Counted from the stretch's first letter, positions 1 through 14,474 are shown. The stretch: DNA of 64,000 nucleotides from Lama guanicoe (GCA_013239625.1 MU054220.1:2789374-2853373), one strand, 5' to 3'. Translations and numbers: made by a program. Notes: generated by a model from the letters alone, not told the origin.

Positions 1-3000
1 TGGATTTACATTGTGTCCTTTCCAGACTAGGTAGTACAAATTCCTTTAGCTTTTCCTCTGTTTATTTTCTAATCTTTTTTCTTATTATTTTTGCCATTTC
101 TTCAGATCCACGTATCAAAGTGTGAGACCTTAGCCTAGATATACTGTCATAAAAACTAATAGAACATGGTTTGGTTCTGTAATAGAAAAATTACACTCAT
201 ATATGCATATAATAAACTTCTAGTTCTTTATGTCATTTTCTCATTTGTTTCTCTCATTACAGCATTTGTGCCTCTTTAAAGAAGATATTGTTAACATATA
301 ATTACCTGTTTCAGTGGAACCCCCCACAACACACACAGAGGTTTTCCACTTCCACTTAGTGTGATGCCTGCATTTTTTATTCTTGTGGTGGTTTTTTCCT
401 TCCAAAGCAGATTATTCTGCCTCTCCTCAGGAATCCCTAAAATGTGAGCTCGAAGAAGGTAAAGGTCTGTCTTTTGACTAATTTCTGTGGCACCTTCTGT
501 GATGCACAGCACAGCATCCTGTTCACAGATTCATTATACTAGTGGAGGTGGTGGTATATACCAGTTAATAGTTAAAAATTTGGTGAAGGTATTTAAAAAT
601 CTGTCTAATGGTCCCTTCCATGTATTTGAAATACTTAGATTAGGGTGTAATATTTTTCAGTTATAACTATTGTGGGTTTAGCATATCAGCATTCAAAACA
701 AGATACTTTTGAATTTGGAGTCAGTGCATTTGGTGCACAGTTCCCAAGACATAACTTAAGACATAGGAAACTAGGAGTCATGTTCCTGTTTGAGAAATTT
801 CGTAGCTTCTGGAGGTGAAAAGGACCAAAGAGGATAATATTTTATATTCTAGATCACCAGGTCTTGTTAGACTCAAGAAGAGCAGAAGAAGTGAAAGTGG
901 GAGCCAGTTGTGCCAGGAGCCTGCTTTACTGAACAGCAGTAAGACCCGTGCCCAGTGAGTGCCCTCACCTACTGCACGTGTACAAAGTGCTCCCTGCGCT
1001 GCTGCATGAAGACCTATCCAGCAGTGTGAGAGCCGGCTCTCCTGTTCCTTGGTGGCAGTTCTAATGAAAAATTGGTTTGCTGCAGGATATCAGCAGCCAC
1101 TTCAGGGAATTCTAGTGCTGTCCCCAAGCATGTCACAGGATCTTACTCTACAGATGCAATATGTGTGAATGAAATGCCATGTCTGAGAATGTCAACAGGG
1201 AACAAAAGAAGACACTGGGAAATGACACCACTGATGCCACAAAATAGGGACCAGATCCAAGAAAAAATAATCATACTTCCAGTCAGAGTATTTTGGAACG
1301 GCAGAATTGCCTGTTTACTGGCAGTAAATAACCAGGGTAAATAAATTGGAGTGGTAGAAGACTTGCTTTCACTAGAGTTTCTTTGCTTGTCAGAATTGGC
1401 CTAAGTTCCTATCATTCAGGTCAAGCAGTCTTTTCAAAATGATGGCCCCAAAAAAGAGAGTTAAAATGTAGAGAATAGTGATACACCCCTGAAGGAAAAG
1501 GATTTGAGATGCAATGACATGATGGGTAAGATGATTAGGAGCCCTGAAAGTCAAGCACGCTGGTTTTCCTGCTTTTTATGGTTATGTGATCCTTTGCTAC
1601 CTAGGAAATGTAACTCATATTTCAGTGTTGTGCGAGCATTTCTAGGGCAGAGCTGCTATTGAACTCTCAAGTTGAAATATAAAAATCAAAAACAAAGGAG
1701 CCAGTCAAATCCAAACAGACTGATGGGACTCAATTTCATTGCTAAGATTGGAATGGAGTCTCACTCCTAAGTTGATACAAAAGTAAAGTGTTCAGGTCTT
1801 GAAAATTTTTGTTTCAAGTGGGTAGAGTGCAGTTTATAGCATCAGTAAGAACATGATACTGCATAATACCTACCAACTCCAGAACTTATTCAGGAATATG
1901 GCAGAATGTCCTTAAATTCCTCTGGTGCCTACTTCAAACAGACTTTGCCCGGAATCAGCCATATCCAAGTGCTGTGTGGACCTGCCTGGTTCATCCCTAC
2001 TTAGTTTTGAAAAGGCCATCTTATTTTTTGGCATGGCTTGTATACTTATCAATAACAGCTCTAGCTTCTAGGTTAATCTAGGTCTCAAGTGAAAAAAAAA
2101 AGATTGATTTGATGTTATGCTTAATTTTGATACGACTTTATTTGAAACCCAGATCCTAAACTCATCAAAAAATGCCTTTACTGCCAAGTTAAAAAGCTGA
2201 CAGTCTTTTCTCCTATCTCCTGGAAAGCATTAAAAAGCAGTTCTTTCCTTGCCTCTTCAGAGAAGATAAAGCAGAAACCAATAGCTGAGAAATTAGCATC
2301 CACAAAAGTTTGAAAATGAAGTATGTAAGTTTCAAAGGCTCCAAATTTAAAAAGAACCAACCCCCTAGAAAAACCCAAAGTAGACTAAGCTTCCAGAATG
2401 GGAAAGTCTTATTTTATTCTCCCTTTCTTTCTCTTGCCTTATTTTTGACCAAATGAGTTTGTCTTTAAACACAATTTTAGCCTCTTACATGATTTGCGTG
2501 TTCTTGCTTCTTGCAGTGATGATACATTGATTTTGTCATAAAAAGTCTTGCACTAGGTTGCATTACTCTGAGATGTTATTTTAGAGATTGGTGATGTGCA
2601 TCTGTGAGAGTGTGTCATGGTATGCAGTAAGCAGTGCCATTAAGCGAGTTACTGCCATCTGCTCCTACCTGCAGTCATTCTCAGTACAGCATCATCGTTT
2701 TTTCTTCAAGCATCAATTGCTGTCTCAGATTTCTTTCTTTCTTTGTTTTTTTCTTTTAATTTGGTGTCCGTTTCAGGATTTCGTTCATATTTTCCAAATT
2801 GTCTTTTGATGAGTCATGTGATATGTATTTATAGTTGTATAGAATCTTTTCCATAAGAAATTGAGTCAACTTGATTAGTGGAATTTTAAAGGCACTCGAA
2901 TGGACACAAATTAAATTATGTACAGACGGGTATTTCACGACAGCTGTTTTCTCTGAAGTGACAAGAGATGAAGTCTTCAGATAATTTTTTTTTTTAATTT

Positions 3001-3864
3001 TAGGAAGATTCTCTTATTTTTCCCCTATAGTTGCCTATCTGGCAAAGGTTAAATGGTAATAGTATGCATTCTTCTAAAGATAGTGATGAGCTTGAGCCCA
3101 GACCTTCAGGATACCCAACTAACAAGTCTTCAGGGCATTCTGGGGTGGTATATTTTAATGTTTTTGTAAGGAAGCTTTAAGCACAGGACACATTTTTTTA
3201 AAAACACAGCTAGAGTAATTAATTTAACTAACCAAAAATAGCAAAAAAAGTTTTTTCATTAATTGAGATTACACAAATTGAAAAGGGAAAGTACGGTAAC
3301 GTGATTTGGGCAGCTGACTGCATTGTGTACTTTGCAACTTGATAGTCTTTTCTGTTGAACCCTGCTTATTTTTAAGGAAACAATTAGTTTTTCCTATCAG
3401 TCCACGTATTTTAATAGTTTTTAGGGACAAAACCATTTTGATTTGTGTATTTTTTGTTAATTTTGTAGAAATTAGAAGTAAAATATTATAGTGAGTAATG
3501 ATAATGGTCTCTTTCCCAGTTTGGTTTTGAGTTTTTTTAAAAGAGCAAATCCTGAAGTGTCCCTTATAAATCTAGAGCTCTTCATTGTCAGGAGTCCCAG
3601 CTGACCACTTAGCTTCATGGAGCAGCACCACTGCAGACAGAGTATCTGCAGTCCTCGCCCACAGGGCAGAAAGAGGGTACACCCACGTCCTGTCTGCACA
3701 CAGTCGCCTGCAGTCTTGTTAGCTTTCAGTATACTCTTGACTTCTCCTACACCTTTACTCATTCTTAGTGCTGATAAAGATCTCATTTTCCACCGTCTTA
3801 GAGCTGTGAGATAGTTTAAAAATTAACAGATATACATTTTAATGGACACGTAGTAGGTGACCAT

Positions 3865-4225
3865 TGTGTTCTTTAGAAGGCTTTGTATTTTCAATCCGGG
3901 ATCCAATCAAGGATCATATATCACATTTGGTTGCCATTTCTCTTTGATCTTTAACCTGCAGCAGCTTCATGGCCTTTTTTTGGCGGCGGGGTCGGGGAGG
4001 GCTCATTTGTTTAAATTTTTTAAGAGACCAGGCCAATTGCAGTGCTGAATGTCCTGCAATTTTGACTTATCTGATTTGGTTCCTCATGATTAAATCCACA
4101 TTAAACATTTTTGGTAAGGATACTGCTTAGAGTACTTAATGCCTTCATCACAGGAGGACACATGATGACCATTTGCCCTGTTATTGGTGATGTTAAGTTT
4201 GATTATTGGTTAAGGTAGTATCTGT
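3865..4225 (-). mobile_element. Ancient L1 (L1MC4/5-like) 3' fragment
   Basis: gatccaatcaaggatcat...acatttggttg and ttattggtgatgttaagtttgat resemble the recalled L1MC 3' consensus. Confidence 0.65.
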
Positions 4226-4289
4226 TCAGTTAGTTTTTTAAAGTGCTACAGGTTTGTATTCTAGATACTGTAGTCATGTAGCTATTCTG

Positions 4290-5640
4290 TTCAGTTAAAC
4301 AGACATCTAGGAGGGCTACCAAGTTCCAGGCAGTGGACTATGAAAATGCATAGGACCTAGTCTCCTTACTCTCAAGACACTGGCAGCATAGCATAGGAGA
4401 CAAATGTATAACCTGTAAATTGGAGTTTAAAATAGATTATGGTACATGGTATTATAATAGAGTTATAAACAGGGTGTTCTGCAAACATAGAGAAGGGAGA
4501 TGTTAATCCTGAGTTGGGGAGTAGGGAAGGTTTTGTGTGAAAAACAGTGTTTGTTCTAGGTCTTCAAGAATGAGTGAGGTTTAGACAGGTAGGAGAGGTG
4601 TTGGGAGGGTGGGAGGGAATAATTTCAGCAAAGGTGCAGAGGCAAGAAGAAGCAGTTCAGGCTGCAGAAATAGCAGATAACTCAGAGTGGTTGAAGGAGT
4701 AGATACAGTGGAAGATGAAGTACAATTGTTAACAGCCTTTAATGCCTCACCTAGGAGTTTAGTCTTTATTCCATAGTTACTAGAGAGAAGGCACAAAAAA
4801 TATTAAGCAGAGAAATTTCATGGTGAGATCCCTTTTTGAGAAAATATTGTACCAGCAAAAGGATCTATCTACTCTAGCGGGGAGAGATACCAGTTAGGAA
4901 GATGTTACAAATTGTCCTAATAAGAGGCCTGAATCACAGCAGTGGGATACAGGTACAACGCAGTGCAAAGACTAATTAGATGTAGAGAGTGAGGGAGTGA
5001 ACATGCATAGGATCCCCAGCTTGAGCTTTTAGGAAGTTATTAAGGTAGGAAATTGCAAGAGAGGGGAAGACAACGATATGTTTGGTCTTGAGCAGGTCAG
5101 ATTTGCGGTGTTGGTGAGGCATTAAGATAGAAATGTTTATCATACAACTAGAAATGTGACTGTGGGTTTCCAAGAGAGGCCAGAGCTAGAGATGGAGATT
5201 TACTGACCTCTACTATGTTCTAGGCACAGCCCTAGGTAGGTACCTTATACGTGTTACCTCATTTAATCTTCACAGCAGCTCTATGAGGTAGATACCGTTA
5301 TCCCCATTTAAGAGGTGAGTAAACAGACTGAAGTGAATTAACTTGCCTGAGGCCATACAGCTAGTCATAAGGGCCAAAATTCTATCCAAGGAGAATAATT
5401 GCAGCACTGAGATTGAATATTGGTACCTAGGGAATGAGTATAGAGAGGGAAAGAGAGAGGGCCCAAGATAGGAACTTTTAGGCACCTGAATATAAGAGGA
5501 TCTAAACTTAAAGGCACTTTCAGGGCTATGGGAGAGAGAATCAAGAAAGTGATAACGGGCAGTAATGGCAGGTGAGCCGAGGGTCCCAGGAAGAGCATGG
5601 TCAACAGTGCACTTGCACAAAGAGGTCAAGGAAGACAAAA
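4290..5640 (-). mobile_element. LINE-2 fragment interrupted by a MIR
   Basis: Purine-rich decayed L2 pattern, for example gagaggccagagctagagatggagattt and agcatggtcaacagtg. Boundaries approximate. Confidence 0.7.
5198..5385 (-). mobile_element. MIR SINE
   Basis: ctcatttaatcttcacagcagctctatgaggtagataccgttatccccattt is the reverse MIR core. Confidence 0.85.
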
Positions 5641-7264
5641 CTTCGAATAGCTTTTGAGGGAAATTGATAGATAATCACGTAAGGGTGACTAGAAGGTGAG
5701 GGTAAAGATGACATGAACTTCAGGCAAAGCCTGTGGCCTGGTTAAAGGATTGTTTCCAGTAGTAGTGAGCAGCTCAGGAGAAAGGATCGGCAAAGTCAAA
5801 AGGGAGAGAGGGTCTAGTGCAAGGGAGAGCGTAGTGGAAGTCATTTACCATGGGTCCCAAAATGCATAGAAAGTACTGAAGCCATGACTAACTGGTAGTC
5901 TGTAAGTTTAGACAGAGTGAAGGATCTAGGGTATGCTTCTAATTTTTGTGTTTTAACATTAATGTTGCATACTAAAGAAGATTTTGGTCTTTCCTTTTTG
6001 TTTTGGTGTATTGCATATAGCTTTAAAATTTTTAAAAGGCAAGAATTCATAGTAATTCCTTTATTTTTGAAGTCAATCAGTAAATAAAAACTGCTCTAAA
6101 CCTCCCTTATGCCAAACTCATGGGCATCCACATTTTTTTGCTTTGGGGAAATTTTGTTAGCTAAAGACATTGCCTGAAATAACATCTCTATTCTGCAGAA
6201 GTCAGAGAAGAAAAAGGATCTCAGCCAAAACTCTTTCATGAATTTAGAAATGAAAAGCAATGCTTAGTACAGGGAGATGTCATGAAATCCTAGGCTTTGA
6301 GAGCCAGAAGGTATCTTAGAATTTGCAGTCTTCTTATTTCAGCAGTTGATTCATTGAACACTTCTTAAACACACTACCATCAGCCAGCTAAAAAGTGAAG
6401 CTACCAGCTAAAACAGCTCATTCTTGCCTTCAGGAAGCTCACAGTCTAGTGGGAAGATCAAAACGCCCAGTAAATCCATTAAGAAGTTTAGTGAAGGTGC
6501 TCAAATATTTGTTGAACAAAGGAAAAAATCTGTTTTTGACATCTTCAGGTCACATTGTTTTAAAATTAAGTGACTGACTGTATAATCTGATACAACTATC
6601 AGATGCTTTCATAATAAAATTACAATTTCAGAAAACAACAACAAAAAGAAAAGAGTTTTAGTGAAAAAGGGGAAAGGGACCTTGGACTTAGTGGATGCCT
6701 GTTGCCTGTAGGATGCTCCTGTCATCACATATTTCATTTTCAGCTCTCAGGAAAGGAGAGGAGAAAGAACAGCAGCCTTGAGGGGAGAGAGAATGTGTTA
6801 GTTTTTTGTACAGAGGAGACTTGAGTGTGCTCATTTATAGTTGGAGGGGAAGGAGCCAGTGAAGAGGGAGATGCTGGTCACTGCTGGTTACTTCTGTTGC
6901 TCCAGCACACCTAGCAGCTTGATCTTAAAAATCAATTAATCGTTATTACCTCTAGTCCACTGGGTTAGGAGTGGGGCTTTTTAGGGGACGGGAATAGCAG
7001 ACTTCCAAAGTAGAGGGAAAAGAGAGGTACAAACGTACATTTACTTTGACTTCTTGTTCTTCTCTAACTTCCATGGGCCAGGGCTTTGCACGCTGGCTTA
7101 GGAAACCTGCTTTTTCTTTCAGAGCCAGGACTGTGTTTATTTTTGCGTTAAGATTGTTGTTGACTTGCAGTATTATGAGCTGCCGAAAGATGAGACTCAA
7201 AAAAAATACTCCAAATTTAATTTAATTTTGAGTTATCCACATTACTGTTCCCAACAGTGTTATA

Positions 7265-7465
7265 AAGCAGAAAGGAATGTGGGCATTAGAATCAGAAAAC
7301 AAAGATGTGGGTCCTGGTTCTGCCATGTAATTGTGTGATTCTGGACAGATCACTAAATTTCCTTGAGCGTCACTTTACTATTCTTTAAAGTAAACATCTT
7401 CACAGGATTGTTGTGAGGTATAAATAACATAATATATTTAAAAGAAAAGGCTTTGTAAACTGTAA
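7265..7465 (+). mobile_element. MIR SINE (diverged)
   Basis: ttagaatcagaa...gtcctggttctgcca...ttcacaggattgttgtgagg. Confidence 0.7.
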
Positions 7466-8069
7466 TGTCAGTTATAGTTATAGAAGGCTGACATTTAAAA
7501 AATACCTTGGAGTGGTACTATACCTGGTCTCAGGTGACTTAATCATTGAATTTATTAAATCTCCATTATTAATTTTCCTTTCAAATGCTCAAGAGACTGC
7601 TTTATGGGTATGAATCAGGAGAGAGCTTTAGTTTTTATCTTCGGAAGATTATCCTTATTCCTACAACTGATTCAAATTAGGTATCTTTTCCACCATTTTT
7701 TGGAAGTAACTTATTGTTAAGTGACTAAATGAATGTTCCTTAGACATCCCTAAATTTTTTTATTCTGGGCTCGAAGGAGAAATAACCTTTTATTAGAAGC
7801 TTAACAAATTAGGATATTTAATAAAAACATTGAAGTTTGGAATGACTCATTGTAAAGTTGAACTTTCTTCCCTAGAATATAAAGTGACTGATGGCCCATC
7901 TCTACTTTCAGGGAAACACTGAGCGCCTATTGTATAGCTTAGAAAAATGCAAGGTTGTGGAAGAGCTACTCTAAATGAGATGCCCTTATCCTTAGGGATC
8001 ATACTTTCTGGGTCAAAAGACAAAAGAGTGTGCATAAAACATTTAACAAGCAGACTCCGTACTGTATGT

Positions 8070-8300
8070 ATGGCTCTGGAACCAGACTGCCCGAGTTAGA
8101 ATCCTGCTCTGGCTCTGCCACTTTCTACCTTTAGACCCTTGGAAAGTTGCTTAACTTTTCTGTGCTTCAGTCTCTCCATCTGTAAAATGGGATACTACTA
8201 GTACCTATCTCATAGGATTGTTTTGAAGATTAAATTACATAATACATAGTTAATATGCTTAGAATGGCCTGCCATATAGGTAAGTACTGTATAAGTGTTC
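8070..8300 (+). mobile_element. MIR SINE
   Basis: tgtgcttcagtctctccatctgtaaaatgggatactactagtacctatctcataggattgttttgaagattaaat is the MIR core. Confidence 0.88.
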
Positions 8301-9178
8301 TCAGCTGCTGTTGTTACATGTTTAGATATTAAATTGTATAATTCAGACACTTGATGTAATAGGGTTTCACAGATCATCTGAGTCAGGTAGAGTCAAGGGA
8401 AATTTTATAGAGGAGGTAGGACTTATCAGAACCTTCAAGGGTAGATGGACAAACAGGCAGAAGGAAGAAAGAAAAGTAAATTAGGCCCAGTGAATACCAT
8501 CAACAAAAGCTTAAAAACGGGGGCAGATTTGTTAAGTTCACTGTGCAGGGAGGAAGAGACCGGTCTTATAAAAGGATCTGATTAAGATGGAGGGTGAATA
8601 CTGTTCAGATCAGTGGTGGAATGAGAGTGGATAGGGTGGACAAGATTATTAGGCTGAAAATAGCATTTTGCAGTTTGCATTCACATTTGTTCACTTATAT
8701 CTAACAAAACTCTATTATTCAGATGTATTTATGTAAGATAAACATAATTTTATTATTGTTGTTATTATTTTCATTTTACAAATAAATCTGTTGGAACTCA
8801 GAGAGGTGTAACTTACCCAGCAGCATCAGATTTTCATACTCTGAATCCAGCCCTTTCCACCATATCTTCCTGTTTCTCTTCCTTTGCCGGTTATACAGGT
8901 AAATTTGACAGCTCAGCCAGTCAAGGTACATTCTTTCCCCATCTTCTACTTTTGACCCGTAGAGTGGTTTTCAGGCCATTGGCACTTATCTAGTGAAGCA
9001 AACTGGGTCAAGATGAGATGTATGCCACTTATTTCCTGACTCCTTCAGGAAAAGAAGACACGAGTTTGATTAAATTTAGCTGTTGTTTTCAGAACCCAGG
9101 CCATGTATGGTTGATAGTGCCCTGGATATGCCTTGTAGTATGGAACTCTGCTCTGTATATTCTTTAATAAGGATACGG

Positions 9179-9182
<4 letters not shown>

Positions 9183-9210
<28 letters not shown>
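9183..9210. repeat. (AC)14 microsatellite
   Basis: Read directly. Confidence 0.97.
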
Positions 9211-9214
<4 letters not shown>

Positions 9215-10106
9215 AGGAAATTTTTGATACCCTTAAAGATCCTGCAAAAGTTGCTAAAATTTAATTGAATTATCAGAACACTATGTTCTGATGTTATTAT
9301 ATATTACCCAATGTATATATTATTAGTCTAATATTTGACATGGTGGACTAGGATTGTGTGTGTGTAAATAGATATAAAGTATAAGAGAAGATGCTGAAAT
9401 GTTAAAGCTAACATTCTCACTTAGAAAACGGAATAGTTTGTAGGTTACTTTTCTGAATTTCACTCTGTGTTAATTTGCATCTACCAGCGAGTAAAAAAAC
9501 AATGAGCACATTTTACTTGAAGTTCCTTTCTATACTTACCTGGAGTATGGAAATCCCAAGAAGCGCCAAGAGAAGACATAGACATGGATATGCTACTAGG
9601 AACGTAAAGAACATAATAACGCTGATTATTGTGATAGATCCCGTACCTTCTGGGAGAGTCTGACATTATCCTAAGGCTTACAAATGTTAACGATAAATCA
9701 TATTTATGGAAATTAAAGAAAGAATATTTTTATTGTTAGATTATGTGAAGGGTGCACATCTTTTTTTTTTAACAAGTTTTGGGTTAAATTATGTAACTGA
9801 ATCAAAATCATGATGGATTTAATATTCATACTAGCAGTTTATTTTTAATGTGAGGAAATTAACAGTAAAACTATGATAAAAGGTAGTAGTAAGTAACTTC
9901 TGTAAAGTACCACTGAATCTTGGATTCGAGCTGAGCCTGGGCTCCTTCAAAGGCCAGGACTTTTAATCTGTTAGAACCTCATCATCACTTGGTATGTTAC
10001 TAGGAATACAGTAGGTGTGCAGTGAGCTAGTGTTGGTAGATGGGACATTCACATCATGGTTGGAGGGAAGAAAGATCACTTTTTTGATTAGTCACTGAAT
10101 TTAGGT

Positions 10107-10149
10107 TTTTTTTTTACATTTTTTTATTGATTCATAATCATTTTACAGT
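10107..10149 (-). mobile_element. Extremely 5'-truncated L1-type insertion (43 bp)
   Basis: A T-run plus a short L1-like 3' terminus lies between direct repeats AATTTAGGT (10098-10106 and 10150-10158). Confidence 0.7.
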
Positions 10150-10616
10150 AATTTAGGTGTTTTTATAACAGGGAATTTTCTGTAGAACTACACTGCAAGA
10201 TAGCTTTAAAGATTAAAACTTTGTGAAGTGCCTGGTATATGCTAGGCACTAAATAAATAAATAATAGTTGTTATTATTTAAAATTTCTTATTGACCAAAT
10301 GCTGCTTTGATTTTTGACTTTGCCTTTTCTTTCTGAGATCTTTGAAAATACATATTGTTAGTATGTATTGATTTATATTTTGTGCCTTTGAAGGAAAGAA
10401 CAGAAATACTTTTATTCCCTTCTTAGAGAGAATGGCTGGTTTTAAAATATTTCTGTGCCACTTTTATTGTAGGCAAGTTTACCACATTCTAACAGTAGGC
10501 ATTCAAGATAGTTCACTTATTAACATAAATGTATATTTTAAAATAAGATATTTGACCAATCAAATAGATTGTAGTAACCTGGAATAAACCAGATTTCAGC
10601 TGAAATCTCACTGATC

Positions 10617-10632
10617 CCACTAGATGGCGTTA
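10617..10632 (+). promoter_or_regulatory. Candidate CTCF binding site
   Basis: CCACTAGATGGCGTTA closely fits the CTCF core CCACYAGRKGGCRC and keeps its CpG in AT-rich DNA. Confidence 0.6.
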
Positions 10633-12743
10633 ATTCATTAAGTGATAACTTCATCCTCTAACTTAAGCAGACAGACTCCTGTGTAGTCGAACTGATTTGA
10701 GGTATCTTTAGCGGGTGAGTATAGCAGTACACTCTTGGACTTCTTGCTATTTATATAGAGTGATTTGTGGAGGTTATTCAGAAATACCAGGAAGATCTGA
10801 AGGCTGAGGTCAGATTTATTCAAACTGAAAACTGTAATAAGCTACAGTATTTTGTTAGGTGCTAGTTAATTCTAGCTTGGACCCTAGCCTTTGCCCTAAT
10901 TGTATATCCAGCTGAAAGATAAGCTGAACTTACTCCTTCCTCATAGTTTATTGCTCTATTATCATAATTCTTATTTGGGCTTCTGGAAACATTGGAAAAC
11001 AATGGAAAATGGGAGGCAGATACTTCTTACAGCATACAGTTTATAACAGATTTAATTTTAAAATCATTTGGTTCTTATTTGTAAGGACTAGATCAACAAT
11101 GGTGCATTTGTAGGTTATTCTGGTTCTTCAGTCATAAACGTAAAATAAAATGAACATCCCAATTCTTTAATTCTCTTTTGTGAATTGAATTATTTATTAT
11201 CTACAAAGACCACTTTATATTACCGATTAGTCCATTTCAAAGTTTAAAAATTGTGCTTTTCCACAGTCGTTTGTAGGATCTAAATAATTAAGCCATTTTA
11301 CGTATATGTTTTATTTTCTTCTGTTCTTAATAGTTCTGACATGAAGTTTTTTAAAGAAGTGATGATGAATACATTTCACATGCAAAAAAGTCATTCCACA
11401 TGTTATTAGAAGTGATTTATTCTTTGTAACCAGATTCATACAGCTAGAATAGAATTGTTTCAGAATTGATGGGCTGATCCATCTTGAGCCATAGAGGCTT
11501 AATTGCACTACAAATATTATTCTTTTATTCATTGCTCATGGGGAGTAAGTGGTTGGTGGTGATGGTTCCCTTAATGTTTATTTAACTATTCCAATGTAAG
11601 GCAGTTCAGATTTCTTAGTAAAAAGATTGCAGATAATTTTATTCACTGGTTATAATAAAAAGCTGAGAATAATCAAGGGCTTTTGCCAATAGAGTCAAAA
11701 TAACGTGTTTTATAAATCACAACAGACAAGTCTGACTATTTTAGTGCCCATTAATCAAAATGTATCTCAAATGAGGGTTTTGCTTTTTCTTAGGATCTTA
11801 GAAAGCTATAACCAAAAAATGGCAACTGCCTAAGGTAATTTAGTATATACAGAGCATAACTATATTGTGACTGATTTTTTTTTTTGGTGACCTATGAAAG
11901 TTAGTTCATTTCTTTCTAATCACATCTTATGCACATATCTGTACTTATAGATGTCATAACAGGCATGTATTAAAATATAACTGCATAATCTTGTTTTTTA
12001 TATCCAGAGAAATTGCTGATGACAGAAATACTACTATAGAGGGGAAAGTAAACAGTGCTGTATAGCACTTGAGCTTATCTAAGTGCTATGTGTCTTCTTG
12101 GGAATGGACACCAGAAAGAAGAGGAATTAATTTTGGGTATATGTAGGTGTATGAGTGTAGTGAGAGGGGGAGATCGCCTTTTTGGGAGGCATTAACTCTA
12201 TTTTACAAACAGATCTTTGGGTGTTAAGTCCCTTGGTCTTGAGAAGGCAGTTTAATGGAATGCTGTCCAGTCCTGGCAGGATATAGCACTCATCCACCGC
12301 AGTAAAACTTAAGTACTGTAGCAAAATAAATACTCCTGTGCTGTGCAAACCAATGTGAAGGAAAATGAGTTTCTGTTGGATAAGGGGTCAAATGAGCACA
12401 GTTCTTTAAAACTGTTATGTTGAAGAAAAAGATATAGGATGTTCTGCTAGCCACTGATCACATTTTTTAGTTCATAAAAGCTACTTACGTGGTTTAAATA
12501 GCTTCAATACAGTCTTAGAATAAGGACTTCCTTCTTGTCTCTGCCCCCATGCCCCAGTGTCTCTTCTTTCTTCTTTTTCCTTCCCATTGAGGTATAATTG
12601 ACATATAACATGATTTCAGATGCGTGACATAATGATTTGATATTTGTATAACTTTTATCAAAGTGTAATTGGCATATAATGTATTGGTTTCTTCTTATGT
12701 GGTAAAAATGAAATCCTTTTCCTTTAGTCAAAAGTAACACTTA

Positions 12744-12772
12744 GTGTGTGTGTCTGTGTGTGTGTGTGTGTG
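12744..12772. repeat. Interrupted (GT)n microsatellite
   Basis: Read directly. Confidence 0.9.
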
Positions 12773-14436
12773 CTGTACGAGGCATCTCAGATTGATTCAC
12801 TCTGTTGTACAATAGCACCGTCCATGGTGTCAGACCGTCTGAGAACATTGACAGTTGTTAAGAGCTTTTTCATTAAGTTGTTTGGTTCTTATGAAGATAT
12901 CTGATTAAATTTCTTACTAGTATGAATGATTTGTTGGTTTTTAAAATTTAAGGAAAATAATTTTTTTATATTTTTAAGTAAAATGGAATTAGGAAAAGAG
13001 AAGAAAGGAGTTTAATTATTGGTATACCTTTTTAATTTTCTATACTTTGTGACGCCATAAAAAAAAACCCTACTCTGTAATTTTGAAGCAGAGATTCTGA
13101 AATTACCACTTTTCTAAAAATATCACTTACAGCTGAAACTTAATATATCTAAGCATTTTAGTTCTGAGGATGATACATATTTTCACAAAGATGTATTTCC
13201 AAATGGAAATAGCATTCAGACTTCTGAAATAGGGAACTTTTCCAAAACAGGCTGTGGTTGCCTGGGTGAAGAATATTAGGTTGCAACACTCAAAAAGGAG
13301 ATCCTGGCATAAGAAGCGATTGATAAAGGGCAAATATCCACGGAGTCTAATGAAGCTTTTAAAGGCACTTGTATGAGCCTGCGTGCAAGACCTCTCCAGT
13401 ACGTCTCAAATTAAGTATCATACTCCCCATAGTGTGCTGAGCCATGCTTATACTTCCTTCTTTACTTCTGTTACACATTCTTATTTTTGATCTTCTGTTA
13501 GTACTAGTCTTCATCCTAGTGAGAATTCCAGCCTTTTCTCACTGCCTTTTATGAAAATGTCATCATAATAATGGGCAGCAGGGCAGCTTTATGGTGTTTT
13601 TAAGCAAGTTCATCAGCATTTTTAAACTGTCAGTTTATTATTTAGTGTCATTATTAGTTCTAGGAATACTGAATATTTTTTAACTCTGATTGTATGAAAG
13701 TGTTTTTTTTCTGTTTTCTCTTTGAATGGGAGTAGGGGATAGACAGGTATCATCCTCATTTGATAACAGAAGAAACTAATATTAAAGGGAGGCTGAGTGA
13801 TGACCACAGTCACGTAGATGGGGTGAAAGGAAAACCAACATCCTCATTTGTAAAGTCCTTTAGAATTCAGCCCAAGCTCTTTCCTTGTACAGTACAGGTG
13901 TAATGTTTCCAAGGTTATTTTTGTTTAAATAGAACTCTTCAAATACAGATTTTTCTTTTCAAAACAAGAAACATCTTGAGTTTTTAAAAGGTTCTACCAA
14001 GGAACTTGTTCTAGTCCTGTTTTTACAACCTCTCCTATCTCAGTCAGAATCTCTCAAAGTAATTCAAAGTGGGTTTATACCATTTGGGGACGGAAAAAAG
14101 GCCTAGAAACAAATTCACCTGATACTGCAAATCCAGAAGTGTTGGCACTGTAGTAGTCAAACTTTAGTAAAATTTCTGCAGCAGATACATATTTATTAAA
14201 CTAATGCGTTTTATTTGAATTCACTTAATTTGACCTGTGTTTTAAGTAAAAAGATACCATCTGTCTACTTAATGTTGAAAATATTAAGTTTTTTTGTTTG
14301 GTTTTGGGGACTTTCATTGTTACAAGTATAGGATTTTGGCTTTGAGGAAGAAGGGACCTGAATAAGGATGTGAACTAGCTCTTGGAGGCTCTTCAGTGTG
14401 AGGGTAGGACTCTAAGCTCCCTGAAATGTGTGCACA

Positions 14437-14437
<1 letters not shown>

Positions 14438-14472
<35 letters not shown>
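14438..14472. repeat. (TG)17 microsatellite
   Basis: Read directly. Confidence 0.97.
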
Positions 14473-14474
<2 letters not shown>

